A DNA stretch of 64,000 nucleotides from Candidatus Aminicenantes bacterium (GTDB lineage: Bacteria > Acidobacteriota > Aminicenantia > S016-38), in NCBI GenBank assembly GCA_027025175.1, contig JALVRF010000127.1:16140-80139 (forward strand), written 5' to 3'. Shown here piece after piece: positions 28,406-36,656 of this stretch; the stretch's first letter is position 1, and the number at the start of each line of letters is the position of its first letter. The notes below the pieces were generated by a model, which was not told the DNA's origin, searched no databases, and worked only from the letters and a program-made list of their open reading frames with translations. A program made the translations under genes and the position numbers.

Positions 28406-28512
28406 TCTTCCTGAAATTCAGGAAATCTATCCTTTAACATTTTCTGGCCCAATAAAAATCCCAGCGTAAAGGCCGTCCCGATAGCCAAAAAGAAAAAGAA
28501 GGAAGACTTCAT
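28393..28512 (-). CDS. Unannotated small ORF: 39-aa single-TM peptide MKSSFFFFLAIGTAFTLGFLLGQKMLKDRFPEFQEDYEY
   Basis: ATG at 28512..28510 is preceded by GGAGGTG with a 5-nt spacer. Hydrophobic helix then an acidic tail. Below the ORF-track length cutoff. Confidence 0.3.
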   Translation of the reverse strand: MKSSFFFFLAIGTAFTLGFLLGQKMLKDRFPEFQEDYEY

Positions 28513-28532
28513 TTTCCACCTCCTATAAAATT

Positions 28533-28596
28533 TTGACATTTCAAGATTTTTCTGTCAAGGACCTTTCTTGACTTGTCCTGTTTTTTCTTTTACACT
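28533..28596 (+). promoter_or_regulatory. Promoter/operator region: three TTGAC-type half-sites in alternating orientation, plus TTGACT-N17-TACACT
   Basis: TTGACA (28533) ... TGTCAAG (28552) ... CTTGACT (28566). Candidate -35 TTGACT with -10 TACACT 17 nt downstream. Lies upstream of the gene at 28625. Confidence 0.35.
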
Positions 28597-28624
28597 ACTA
28601 TAGATTCCTGCAAGGGAGGTTAGT

Positions 28625-29311
28625 ATGAGGAAATTGCTGGTAACTTTTTTATTTTTGGGCTTACTGGGAGCGGTGGAGATCAAAATTAACAATCATGATC
28701 TCAACTGTTCCTACATCATAACCAAGGATAAACCCATCGGAAAAATATTCAGCTCCATGGACGAGGACTTTAAAAAACAAACCTTTGCCGAGGGGGACAT
28801 AATATTCGCAAAGGGCAACCTGAACATAGGAGAAAGTTACACGATCATAGGACAGGAAGCCTCCCTCTCTCACGGTTATAAGGTTTACCGTCTTCAGGGA
28901 TACGGTAAAGTGCTCCGTAAGGAAGGCAAGGTTTTTCTTATTAAGGTGGAGAAATCATGCACAGGGGTCAGGCTCGGCTCTCTCTTATATCCGCTAATTT
29001 CCGAAAGGGGTTTTACCCTTAACCTTGAACCAATAAAGAAAGACACCGTAGCCCCCCCGGGGCCAGCCGGCCATGTATTATTTATAGAATCCTTCCTTAA
29101 ACAATTGGGGGAAGGATGGGCCATAATTGATGGGGCCAAAAAACTCGGCCTTAAAAGGGCCGACATCGTGATGGTTTTCCAGAAACTGGGAGATGTGAGA
29201 AAGCCAGTTTCCCTGGGTGTAGTTCTAAGGACTGCCGGAGACTATGCAGTGATACAGACCCTTCTTCCCATATCTGCGGTGAGAAAGGGCTACTTAGTTT
29301 ATAAGAAATAA
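28625..29311 (+). CDS. Secreted hypothetical protein (228 aa)
   Basis: Signal peptide MRKLLVTFLFLGLLGA. GGGAGG RBS. Confidence 0.5.
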   Translation: MRKLLVTFLFLGLLGAVEIKINNHDLNCSYIITKDKPIGKIFSSMDEDFKKQTFAEGDIIFAKGNLNIGESYTIIGQEASLSHGYKVYRLQGYGKVLRKEGKVFLIKVEKSCTGVRLGSLLYPLISERGFTLNLEPIKKDTVAPPGPAGHVLFIESFLKQLGEGWAIIDGAKKLGLKRADIVMVFQKLGDVRKPVSLGVVLRTAGDYAVIQTLLPISAVRKGYLVYKK

Positions 29312-29327
29312 AAACAGTGAGGGAGAA

Positions 29328-29540
29328 ATGGAAAGAAGAAACCTTTCGTCCAAAACTATCAAGATTGAAAACAAAAAATTTCATTTTGACCTTATGGAAA
29401 ACCACAGGGGCAAGTATCTGAGAATAACCGAAAAAAGCGGGGGTAAATCCAGCATAGTTATTCCTGAAAGTGGCATAAAGGAATTCAAACAGGCCCTGTT
29501 GGAATTCCTTCAGGAAACAGAGGCAGAGGCTCTTTCCTGA
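29328..29540 (+). CDS. PUR-alpha-like (DUF3276) small nucleic-acid-binding protein
   Basis: KTIKIENKKFHFDLMENHRGKYLRITEKS...IVIPESGIKEFKQAL matches the PUR repeat consensus. Confidence 0.45.
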   Translation: MERRNLSSKTIKIENKKFHFDLMENHRGKYLRITEKSGGKSSIVIPESGIKEFKQALLEFLQETEAEALS

Positions 29541-29582
29541 ACCTTTCTTTCTGAAAATTAATTAAAAAAAGGAGGTGCACTC

Positions 29583-30899
29583 ATGCGTAGGAGAGTTCTT
29601 ATCATGGGGGCAGCGGGAAGGGATTTTCATAATTTCAATGTTTATTTCAGGGACAGGGAGGAATTTGAGGTAGTTTGTTTTACCGCCACCCAGATTCCCA
29701 ACATAGAGGGCAGGGTTTATCCTCCTGAACTGGCGGGAAAACTCTACCCTGAAGGAATTCCTATCTATCCCGAATCGCAACTAACTGAACTTATCAAAAA
29801 ATACAAAATTGAAAAGGTGGTTTTCGCCTACAGTGATGTCTCCCACGAGTATGTTATGCACAAGGCCTCAGAGGCCATGGCTGCAGGAGCCTCCTTCTCC
29901 ATTCTCGGTCCTGATGAGACCATGCTGGAATCCAGGCTTCCTGTGGTGGCAGTAACAGCGGTAAGGACAGGATGCGGGAAAAGCCAGACATCCAGAAAGG
30001 TGGTGAGAATCCTGGCAGACCACGGTAAAAAAGTAGCGGTAATCCGTCATCCAATGCCCTATGGCGACCTGGTGGCCCAGAGGGTCCAGCGCTTCGCCTC
30101 CTTTGAGGACATGGACAGGGCCAACTGCACCATTGAGGAAAGGGAAGAATACGAACCTCACATAAGGATCGGAGCCGTGGTCTGGGCCGGAGTGGATTAC
30201 GAAGCAATCCTCAGGGAGGCAGAGAAGGAGGCAGATGTAATCCTCTGGGACGGTGGGAACAACGACCTCCCATTTTACAAGCCTGACCTCCATATTGTAG
30301 TAGCAGATCCCCACAGACCAGGTCACGAGAGAAAATACCATCCAGGAGAGGCCAATTTCCGCAGGGCGGATGTCATAATAATCAACAAGGAGGAAACCGC
30401 AGACCGGACCGGTGTGGAGGAAATATGGAACTCCGCCAGGGAACTCAATCCCTCCGCCATACTTATAGACGCAGCTTCCCCCATCTTCGTGGAAGACGGT
30501 GGTCTCATAGGAGGAAAGAAGGTTCTGGTCATAGAGGACGGTCCCACGGTAACTCACGGGGAAATGGGATACGGAGCAGGATATATGGCTGCCAAGAAAT
30601 ACGGAGCAGCGGAGATAATTGACCCCAGGCCCTTTGCTGTAGGTTCCATCAGGGATACCTTCAACAAGTACTCGCACCTGAAAGAAGTGCTGCCTGCCAT
30701 GGGATACGGAGCGCAGCAGATAAAGGAATTGGAGGAAACCATAAACAACTCCGATGCGGAAGTGGTAGTGGTAGCAACCCCCATTGACCTGGGAAGAATA
30801 CTTAAGATTGACAAGAAGGCAGTAAGAGTTCTCTATGAACTTCAGGAAATAGGAGAGCCCACCTTAGAGGATGTCCTGAAGCAGAAGGGTATTATATGA
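29583..30899 (+). CDS. P-loop protein of unknown function: N-terminal Rossmann/CoA-binding-like domain plus a Walker-A (GCGKS) domain, possibly DUF1611-like
   Basis: VLIMGAAGRDFHNF...; VVAVTAVRTGCGKSQTS; WDGGNND. Stop overlaps the arcC start (ATGA). AGGAGGTG RBS. Confidence 0.5.
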   Translation: MRRRVLIMGAAGRDFHNFNVYFRDREEFEVVCFTATQIPNIEGRVYPPELAGKLYPEGIPIYPESQLTELIKKYKIEKVVFAYSDVSHEYVMHKASEAMAAGASFSILGPDETMLESRLPVVAVTAVRTGCGKSQTSRKVVRILADHGKKVAVIRHPMPYGDLVAQRVQRFASFEDMDRANCTIEEREEYEPHIRIGAVVWAGVDYEAILREAEKEADVILWDGGNNDLPFYKPDLHIVVADPHRPGHERKYHPGEANFRRADVIIINKEETADRTGVEEIWNSARELNPSAILIDAASPIFVEDGGLIGGKKVLVIEDGPTVTHGEMGYGAGYMAAKKYGAAEIIDPRPFAVGSIRDTFNKYSHLKEVLPAMGYGAQQIKELEETINNSDAEVVVVATPIDLGRILKIDKKAVRVLYELQEIGEPTLEDVLKQKGII

Positions 30900-31840
30900 A
30901 GAGGGTTGCGGTAATAGCCTTTGGAGGAAACGCTCTTCTTCCTTCGGACAGCCAGGGAACCCAGGAAGAGCAGTTTGCCAGGGCTAAGGAGGCTTCCGAA
31001 AAAATAGCGGAACTTATCAGCAGAAATTACGATGTGGTGGTGGTTCACGGAAACGGTCCCCAGGTAGGTAACCTCCTCCTGCAGATGGAAACCGCCGCTG
31101 ATATCATCCCCCCCTTCACCTTAGATGTGGCAGATGCCATGACCGAAGGTTCCATAGGTTACATGCTCCAGACCTGGCTGGTTAACTACATGAGGATACT
31201 CTCCATAGACCGCGAGGTGGAAACAGTTCTAACACCGGTGCTGGTGGACCCTCTGGATCCGGCCTTCAAAAACCCCACCAAGCCAGTGGGCCCATTTTAC
31301 ACTAAGGAAAAGGCAGAAAGACTGGCAAAGGAAAAGGGATGGGTGGTGATGGAGGATGCAGGAAGGGGATGGAGGAGGGTGGTTCCCTCTCCCAAACCCA
31401 TTGATATCCTGAACAAAACTGTTATAAAGGCTCTGGTAAAGGAAGAGGTAGTGGTGATTGCAGGAGGGGGAGGCGGGATTCCTGTGATTATAAATCAGGA
31501 CGGTCTGGTGGAAGGGGTTGAGGCGGTCATAGACAAGGATTTCACCGCAGCCCTCATAGGGAAAATAATAAAGGCCGATATGCTGATAACCCTTACCGGG
31601 GTGGAACAGGTTTACCTTGACTACGGAAAGCCCACCCAGAGACCGCTAAGGAAGACCACCATGGAAGACGTGAAAAAATACCTTCAGGAGGGTCAGTTCC
31701 CTCCGGGCTCCATGGAGCCGAAAATTAGAGCAGCCATTGATTTTCTGGAGGGTGGGGGGAAGGAGGTTCTAATAACCTCAGCGAAGAAATTGAAATCCGC
31801 CTTAGACGGAAGAACCGGAACCAGAATAATAAGGAGGTAA
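30896..31840 (+). CDS. arcC: Carbamate kinase
   Basis: VIAFGGNAL, VVVHGNGPQVG; amino-acid kinase fold, 314 aa. Confidence 0.85.
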   Translation: MKRVAVIAFGGNALLPSDSQGTQEEQFARAKEASEKIAELISRNYDVVVVHGNGPQVGNLLLQMETAADIIPPFTLDVADAMTEGSIGYMLQTWLVNYMRILSIDREVETVLTPVLVDPLDPAFKNPTKPVGPFYTKEKAERLAKEKGWVVMEDAGRGWRRVVPSPKPIDILNKTVIKALVKEEVVVIAGGGGGIPVIINQDGLVEGVEAVIDKDFTAALIGKIIKADMLITLTGVEQVYLDYGKPTQRPLRKTTMEDVKKYLQEGQFPPGSMEPKIRAAIDFLEGGGKEVLITSAKKLKSALDGRTGTRIIRR

Positions 31841-31843
31841 GTT

Positions 31844-32746
31844 ATGAAAAAGGACCTTTTGACCATAAAGGAACTCACTAAGGAGGAAGTTTTTTCCCTG
31901 TTTGAAGACGCCAAGGAACTCAAAACCAATCCCGGGGCTCACCGCCAGGACCTTAAGGGGAAGATTCTGGCCATGATTTTTGAGAAACCCTCCCTGAGGA
32001 CCAGGGTCACCTTTGAGGCTGGAATTTACCAACTGGGAGGTGTAGGAATTTACCTGGCTCCCCAGGATATTCAACTGGGGAAAAGGGAAGCCGTGGAAGA
32101 CGTGGCGAGAAACCTATCCCGCTGGGTAGACGGCATAATGATAAGGACCTTTGGCCAGGACATAGTGGAAAAAATAGCCAGTGAAGCATCAGTTCCGGTG
32201 ATAAACGCCCTTACCGATCTCTATCATCCCTGCCAGATTCTCGCCGATCTCTTCACAATCTGGGAAAGGGGACACAAGTTAGAGGAATTCACCTTAGCCT
32301 ATGTAGGAGATGGAAACAACATCGCCCACTCCCTCATCTGGGGAGCCGCAAAAACAGGACTACACCTGAGGATAGCCACCCCGGAGGGTTTTGAGCCCAA
32401 AAGGGAAATTCTTGAAGAAGCCCTTTCCCAGGGGGCAGATATAAAACTTTTCCACAACCCTGTGGAGGCAGTAAAGGGGGCCGATGCCATTTATACAGAT
32501 GTGTGGGCATCCATGGGCCAGGAAGCCGAAAGGGAAACCAGGAAGAAAATTTTCATGCCCTTCCAGGTGAACATGGAACTCTTCTCAAAGGCCAAGCCCT
32601 CTGCCTATTTCATGCACTGCCTGCCGGCTCACAGGGGAGAAGAGGTTACCGATGAGGTCCTGGACCATCCCAGGTCCATAGTTCTGGATCAGGCTGAAAA
32701 CCGCCTCCACATTCAGAAGGCTATTATGAGGAGGTTAATGGGATAA
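31844..32746 (+). CDS. argF: Ornithine carbamoyltransferase
   Basis: STRTR (carbamoyl phosphate binding), HPCQ, DVWASMG (ornithine binding), HCLP. Confidence 0.9.
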   Translation: MKKDLLTIKELTKEEVFSLFEDAKELKTNPGAHRQDLKGKILAMIFEKPSLRTRVTFEAGIYQLGGVGIYLAPQDIQLGKREAVEDVARNLSRWVDGIMIRTFGQDIVEKIASEASVPVINALTDLYHPCQILADLFTIWERGHKLEEFTLAYVGDGNNIAHSLIWGAAKTGLHLRIATPEGFEPKREILEEALSQGADIKLFHNPVEAVKGADAIYTDVWASMGQEAERETRKKIFMPFQVNMELFSKAKPSAYFMHCLPAHRGEEVTDEVLDHPRSIVLDQAENRLHIQKAIMRRLMG

Positions 32747-34465
32747 ATGGAAAAGGAAAAATTTTTAAACAACGTCCTTTCCGGGGGAAAGCAACCTGTT
32801 TCCCTTCAGAAGGTGGTTGAAGAGTTTGCGAAAAAAATCCTGGAGGAAGAGACCCTTGAGGCGGTCAAGATTTATGATCCGGATTGCAGATACGAGGTAG
32901 GGGACCTGCTTTATAAAGAATTTGACGAAAAACTCCGCGTAGGAAGGGATAAATTCGTAGAATTTCACGCTGGAGCAGTTCTGAAGGTAGTGGAGAAAAA
33001 ATACTCCAAGGAGTTAGGCTGTTATCTCATCGGACTTGAATACGAGGGGGGAGGTCCCCTGAAGGAACATTTCAAATATCTGGCCCGGGCTAAAGTAGGT
33101 TATTACCTTCCCAGTTATGAACTTAAAGAATGCCCTGAACTTCCTCCAGAAAAGGACCCCAGAAAGACCGAAAGGGAACCATCGGAGGAACTTCTCAAAA
33201 GGTGCAGGAGGGAAATCCTGGAGTTAGTAGAGAAGGACAAAAACATATACCGGTGGGGAGATTTCCTGATTCAGGCATCCTCATTGAAGGAAATTAACGA
33301 TGAGCACATAAAACAGGTGGAAGAATACATAAAGGGGAAGAGTTCCTCGGCCTCCACCGAAGAACTGGTAGAAAGGGTCCTGGGGAAATCCAGAGATTCC
33401 GAAGACTTCCCCATCTGGTGCCTTTCCCTTAACAGAGCCCTGTCATCAAAAAAGTTAACCTTCGTTCTCGTTTCAAAGAAGGGATTTGGGAAGTGGAACA
33501 CCTGGCTTAATCTGGTAAACCTGGAGAAAAACCTGCCCATAAAGGTCAAAAGAACCCTGCCTGTTTTTACCGCTCGCTCCAGGGTGGAGATAGAGACCTA
33601 TCTCAGGGAGTTTGAAAAGGGGGAGAAAAAAGCCGAGGCCAGAAATAAACATATATTGACCTGGAGGGAAGTCCTCTCGGGAGCAGTGAAGGTCAGAAAG
33701 GGTTTCAGGAATTTGCTGGGCGGAGAAATGGAACTCAAAGCCGTTTCCAGAACTGGAGAATACACAGTTTATTACTATCCTGAGAAAAACATGATTCTCG
33801 GACTTTCAGGATATTACAGGGAAAACCTGGTGGTCCAGGCATCCCAGCTTTTCTTAGAATGGAAGGAAGACCAGTTTGAACTCTCCCTGAGGACCGAGAA
33901 AAAACCCTTCAGGGCCCCGATGCTTACCTATAATCCCGAAGATGACTCCTTTGCTTTAAGGGATGCCGAAGTTTCCACTGAGATGGATGTGGAAACCAGA
34001 GCCTTTCTCAGCAGGGAAGAACTTCAATTGCTCCTGGGAAAGATTAACCAGTGGCGCCGAATAAGGGACCTTACAGCCCTGGTGAGAGAACTGGTTAAGA
34101 GTTTTGGAGACCCTCAGCAGGATTTCAAAATTCACTATCTCAAACTCTTCCATCTGCTGGACATAATTCACGGCACGCCAAAGGAGGACCTGCTCAAAGC
34201 CCTCCTGGGAAATCCTGAGTTCTACCAGGAGGAAGGCGAGTTTGGATACTTCAAACTCGACCTGAACCGGGCTGTGGAAATTCCAGTGGAGAAAGAGGAA
34301 AAGGCTGAAGAATCCCCTTCATACGAGCCCTCATCGGAAAAGTTAGCAGGGTTCAGAAAGCCGAAAAGGAAGAAAAAATACCGGAAACCCTCCAGACCGA
34401 AGGCCTCCAGGGAGGGGTTCTTTGCTGAGAAATTAAAGGAAGCCCTGGACAAAAAGGAAGAATGA
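32747..34465 (+). CDS. Hypothetical protein, 572 aa, soluble, with a basic C-terminal tail (KPKRKKKYRKPSRPK)
   Basis: ATG immediately follows the argF stop (TAAATG). No recognisable domain. Confidence 0.5.
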   Translation: MEKEKFLNNVLSGGKQPVSLQKVVEEFAKKILEEETLEAVKIYDPDCRYEVGDLLYKEFDEKLRVGRDKFVEFHAGAVLKVVEKKYSKELGCYLIGLEYEGGGPLKEHFKYLARAKVGYYLPSYELKECPELPPEKDPRKTEREPSEELLKRCRREILELVEKDKNIYRWGDFLIQASSLKEINDEHIKQVEEYIKGKSSSASTEELVERVLGKSRDSEDFPIWCLSLNRALSSKKLTFVLVSKKGFGKWNTWLNLVNLEKNLPIKVKRTLPVFTARSRVEIETYLREFEKGEKKAEARNKHILTWREVLSGAVKVRKGFRNLLGGEMELKAVSRTGEYTVYYYPEKNMILGLSGYYRENLVVQASQLFLEWKEDQFELSLRTEKKPFRAPMLTYNPEDDSFALRDAEVSTEMDVETRAFLSREELQLLLGKINQWRRIRDLTALVRELVKSFGDPQQDFKIHYLKLFHLLDIIHGTPKEDLLKALLGNPEFYQEEGEFGYFKLDLNRAVEIPVEKEEKAEESPSYEPSSEKLAGFRKPKRKKKYRKPSRPKASREGFFAEKLKEALDKKEE

Positions 34466-34483
34466 TATAATTTTCATATAAAA

Positions 34484-34556
34484 GGGCGGTTAGCTCAGGC
34501 GGGAGAGCGCTGGTTTCGCACGCCAGAGGTCAGGGGTTCGAATCCCCTACCGTCCA
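34484..34556 (+). tRNA. tRNA-Ala (anticodon CGC)
   Basis: Acceptor GGGCGGU/ACCGUCC with the G3:U70 alanine identity pair. Anticodon loop UU-CGC-AC. T-arm AGGGG-UUCGAAU-CCCCU. Confidence 0.85.
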
Positions 34557-34564
34557 CTTTAGCC

Positions 34565-35386
34565 ATGGAAAAAGCAGTTTTTCCCGTAGCCGGGCTTGGC
34601 ACCCGAATGCTCCCTGCCACAAAAGCAGTCCCCAAGGAGATTCTCCCCTTATATGACAGGCCGGCAATCCATTATACTGTGGAAGAAGCAGCCCGTTCAG
34701 GATTTTCCAAGATGATTTTCGTCACCTCTAAGGGAAAGGAAGCAATTTTGAACTATTTCGACCGGGATGTAGAACTGGAGGAAATTCTTATGGCCAGGGG
34801 GAAAAAGGAAATGGCTGATTTCCTGAGGGGTCTTTCGGAAATGGCTGAATTCATAGCCATAAGACAGGGGGTTCCCATGGGACTGGGGCATGCGGTCCTG
34901 CAGGCTAAAGCAGTGGTGGATAACGAGCCCTTCGCAGTGGTGCTTCCGGACGATATAGTCCTGAGCGACCCTCCCCTTCTTCGTCAAATGAGGGATTTAT
35001 ACCTGAGGACGGGTAAATCCGTGGTAGCCCTTTACAGGGTGCCTGAGGAGCAAATTCCCTCCTTTGGAATAGCCGATGCTGAGGTAAAAAAAGATGGCCA
35101 GGTGGTAATCCACGACTTAGTGGAAAAACCATCTATCCAGGAAGCTCCCTCTGATCTTGCAGTAATAGGTCGCTACATACTGGAGCCTGAGATTTTTTCC
35201 ATACTGGAAAAAACCCCACCGGGCAGGGGGGGAGAAATTCAGCTTACCGACGCTTTAAAGGTGCTCGCTAAGGAAGGAAGGCTCCTGGGATTTATTTTTG
35301 AGGGAAAAAGGCTGGATATAGGCAATCCAGAGGGTTTTCTTAAAGCAAGCCTTGAGATAGCTGCGGAAAGAGGTGTTAAGATATAG
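34565..35386 (+). CDS. galU: UTP--glucose-1-phosphate uridylyltransferase
   Basis: FPVAGLGTRMLPATKAVPKE and LPDDIV; nucleotidyltransferase fold. Confidence 0.8.
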   Translation: MEKAVFPVAGLGTRMLPATKAVPKEILPLYDRPAIHYTVEEAARSGFSKMIFVTSKGKEAILNYFDRDVELEEILMARGKKEMADFLRGLSEMAEFIAIRQGVPMGLGHAVLQAKAVVDNEPFAVVLPDDIVLSDPPLLRQMRDLYLRTGKSVVALYRVPEEQIPSFGIADAEVKKDGQVVIHDLVEKPSIQEAPSDLAVIGRYILEPEIFSILEKTPPGRGGEIQLTDALKVLAKEGRLLGFIFEGKRLDIGNPEGFLKASLEIAAERGVKI

Positions 35387-35777
35387 GACTTTTCCCACCA
35401 CAGCGGACCTGGGGGTATTCGTTTACGGGAAAAGTCCCGAGGAAGTTTTTGAAAACCTCGCATACGCCCTGAGGAAAATCGTGGGGGGAAATAAAAAATT
35501 AGCGGGCTCCGGGGAAAAGACGATAAAATTGGATTTCCCCTCCCTTGAAATGGGATTCTTCCTCTGGGCTTCGGAGCTTCTTTTTCTCTACGATACGGAA
35601 AAAATACTACCTTCCAGGGCCAGGGTCAGGCTTTCCTCAACTGACCTTCAAGCCAGGGTCCTGGAAGGAAAACTTATATCCCCCCCTCAGGTTTACATAA
35701 AGGCTGTTACCATGCATCGGCTCAGTTTCATGAAGATTAAAGGTCGCTGGAGGGCTTCTCTGGTCTTTGACCTTTAG
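35373..35777 (+). CDS. Archease (RtcB-type RNA ligase cofactor family)
   Basis: FPTTADLGVFVYGKSPEEVFENLAYAL matches the archease N-terminal consensus (HTADxG...G.SLEE.FE.AA). Confidence 0.7.
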   Translation: MLRYRTFPTTADLGVFVYGKSPEEVFENLAYALRKIVGGNKKLAGSGEKTIKLDFPSLEMGFFLWASELLFLYDTEKILPSRARVRLSSTDLQARVLEGKLISPPQVYIKAVTMHRLSFMKIKGRWRASLVFDL

Positions 35778-35780
35778 TTT

Positions 35781-36590
35781 TTATTTTCCCGATATAAATA
35801 TATCCCCGGAAACGCTTTTAGCCTTTATGTACAGCCCATCCTCGCATCTTTTCCTTTCCAGTTTTCCCTCCACCTTAAGGTCCGGGGTTTCTATCTCTCC
35901 CCCGGTGCTCTTGAGGTTAAAGAAACATATCCTTTCCGGAGCCCTTATATGGAGATCCCCGCTTATGGAATGAAGACACCATCTGTCCCCAGAACTTCCC
36001 TGAAGGAAAACATCACCGCTTATGGTGCTTATTTTGACCCTGGGCAGGGATTGTCCCTGGATTTTCACATCTCCGCTTATGGAAGAGACATCAACGGTCT
36101 CTCCCTCCTCAAGGCTTACCCGGATGTCGCCGCTTACGGTTTCAAGGCGAAGGCTACTTCCTTTGTTTATTTTCAGCATTATTTCCCCGCTTACACTGTG
36201 TATGTCCCCGTCCTCAATTTCTCCCATCTCCCCGTTTATATCTCCGCTCACGGTGTGAAGATCAGCGGAAATTTTCCGGGGCACGGTGATTTCCACCTTC
36301 CCCTTATAATTGTCTCTCCGGCAAAAGAAGCAGAATTTCTTCGCCGGTTTTATTTTCAGGAAAACCTCGTCTTCGCTGCCCTCGGTTATCACCTCAGGTT
36401 TGCTTCCTGAATATCTGAGGTGAATTCTAATTCTTATCTGGTTCTTGTCCCAGGAATTTATCTTAAGGTCAGAGGATATCAGTTCCACCTTTAATTTAAC
36501 CCCAGGGGAAACATCGTAAACCTTCTCCAGTTTAATCTCGCCACCTGCGAGAAAAATGGCAAAAATCATAAAAAGTACGAGTTTTCTCAT
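35781..36590 (-). CDS. Lipoprotein/secreted protein with tandem SGD(I/V) beta-repeats (DUF4097-like putative adhesin)
   Basis: Signal peptide MRKLVLFMIFAIFLAGG. At least 8 repeats of x-VSGDIx with roughly 19-aa period. GGAGGTG RBS. Confidence 0.6.
   Translation of the reverse strand: MRKLVLFMIFAIFLAGGEIKLEKVYDVSPGVKLKVELISSDLKINSWDKNQIRIRIHLRYSGSKPEVITEGSEDEVFLKIKPAKKFCFFCRRDNYKGKVEITVPRKISADLHTVSGDINGEMGEIEDGDIHSVSGEIMLKINKGSSLRLETVSGDIRVSLEEGETVDVSSISGDVKIQGQSLPRVKISTISGDVFLQGSSGDRWCLHSISGDLHIRAPERICFFNLKSTGGEIETPDLKVEGKLERKRCEDGLYIKAKSVSGDIFISGK
35940..36260. repeat. Intragenic tandem repeats (roughly 57 nt period, degenerate) encoding the SGDI motif
   Basis: Recurring CCGCTTATGG / CCGCTTACGG / CCGCTCACGG strings on the plus strand. 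They are protein-level repeats, not CRISPR. Confidence 0.5.
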
Positions 36591-36644
36591 CCGGCACCTC
36601 CTTTCCATATTTTTTATACGCTGAGCGTCCCTGGGAGTTCATGA

Positions 36645-36650
36645 TATCAT
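36645..36650 (+). promoter_or_regulatory. -10-like hexamer (TATCAT) 6 nt upstream of the nnr ATG, leaderless-type
   Basis: TATCAT then tatgat then the ATG at 36657. Embedded in the ATGATATCAT palindrome. Confidence 0.35.
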
Positions 36651-36656
36651 TATGAT

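Noticed and set aside
29868-30677. 269-aa ORF on the minus strand
   Set aside because: It is antisense to the well-supported P-loop gene in the arcC operon. Shadow ORF.
29583-30899. Assignment as cyclic 2,3-diphosphoglycerate synthetase or arginine deiminase
   Set aside because: I cannot support either from motifs visible in the sequence. It is left as an unknown P-loop/Rossmann protein.
35940-36260. Regularly spaced short DNA repeats that could suggest a CRISPR array
   Set aside because: The repeats are degenerate, lie inside a continuous ORF with a signal peptide, and correspond to SGDI protein repeats. There are no cas genes nearby.
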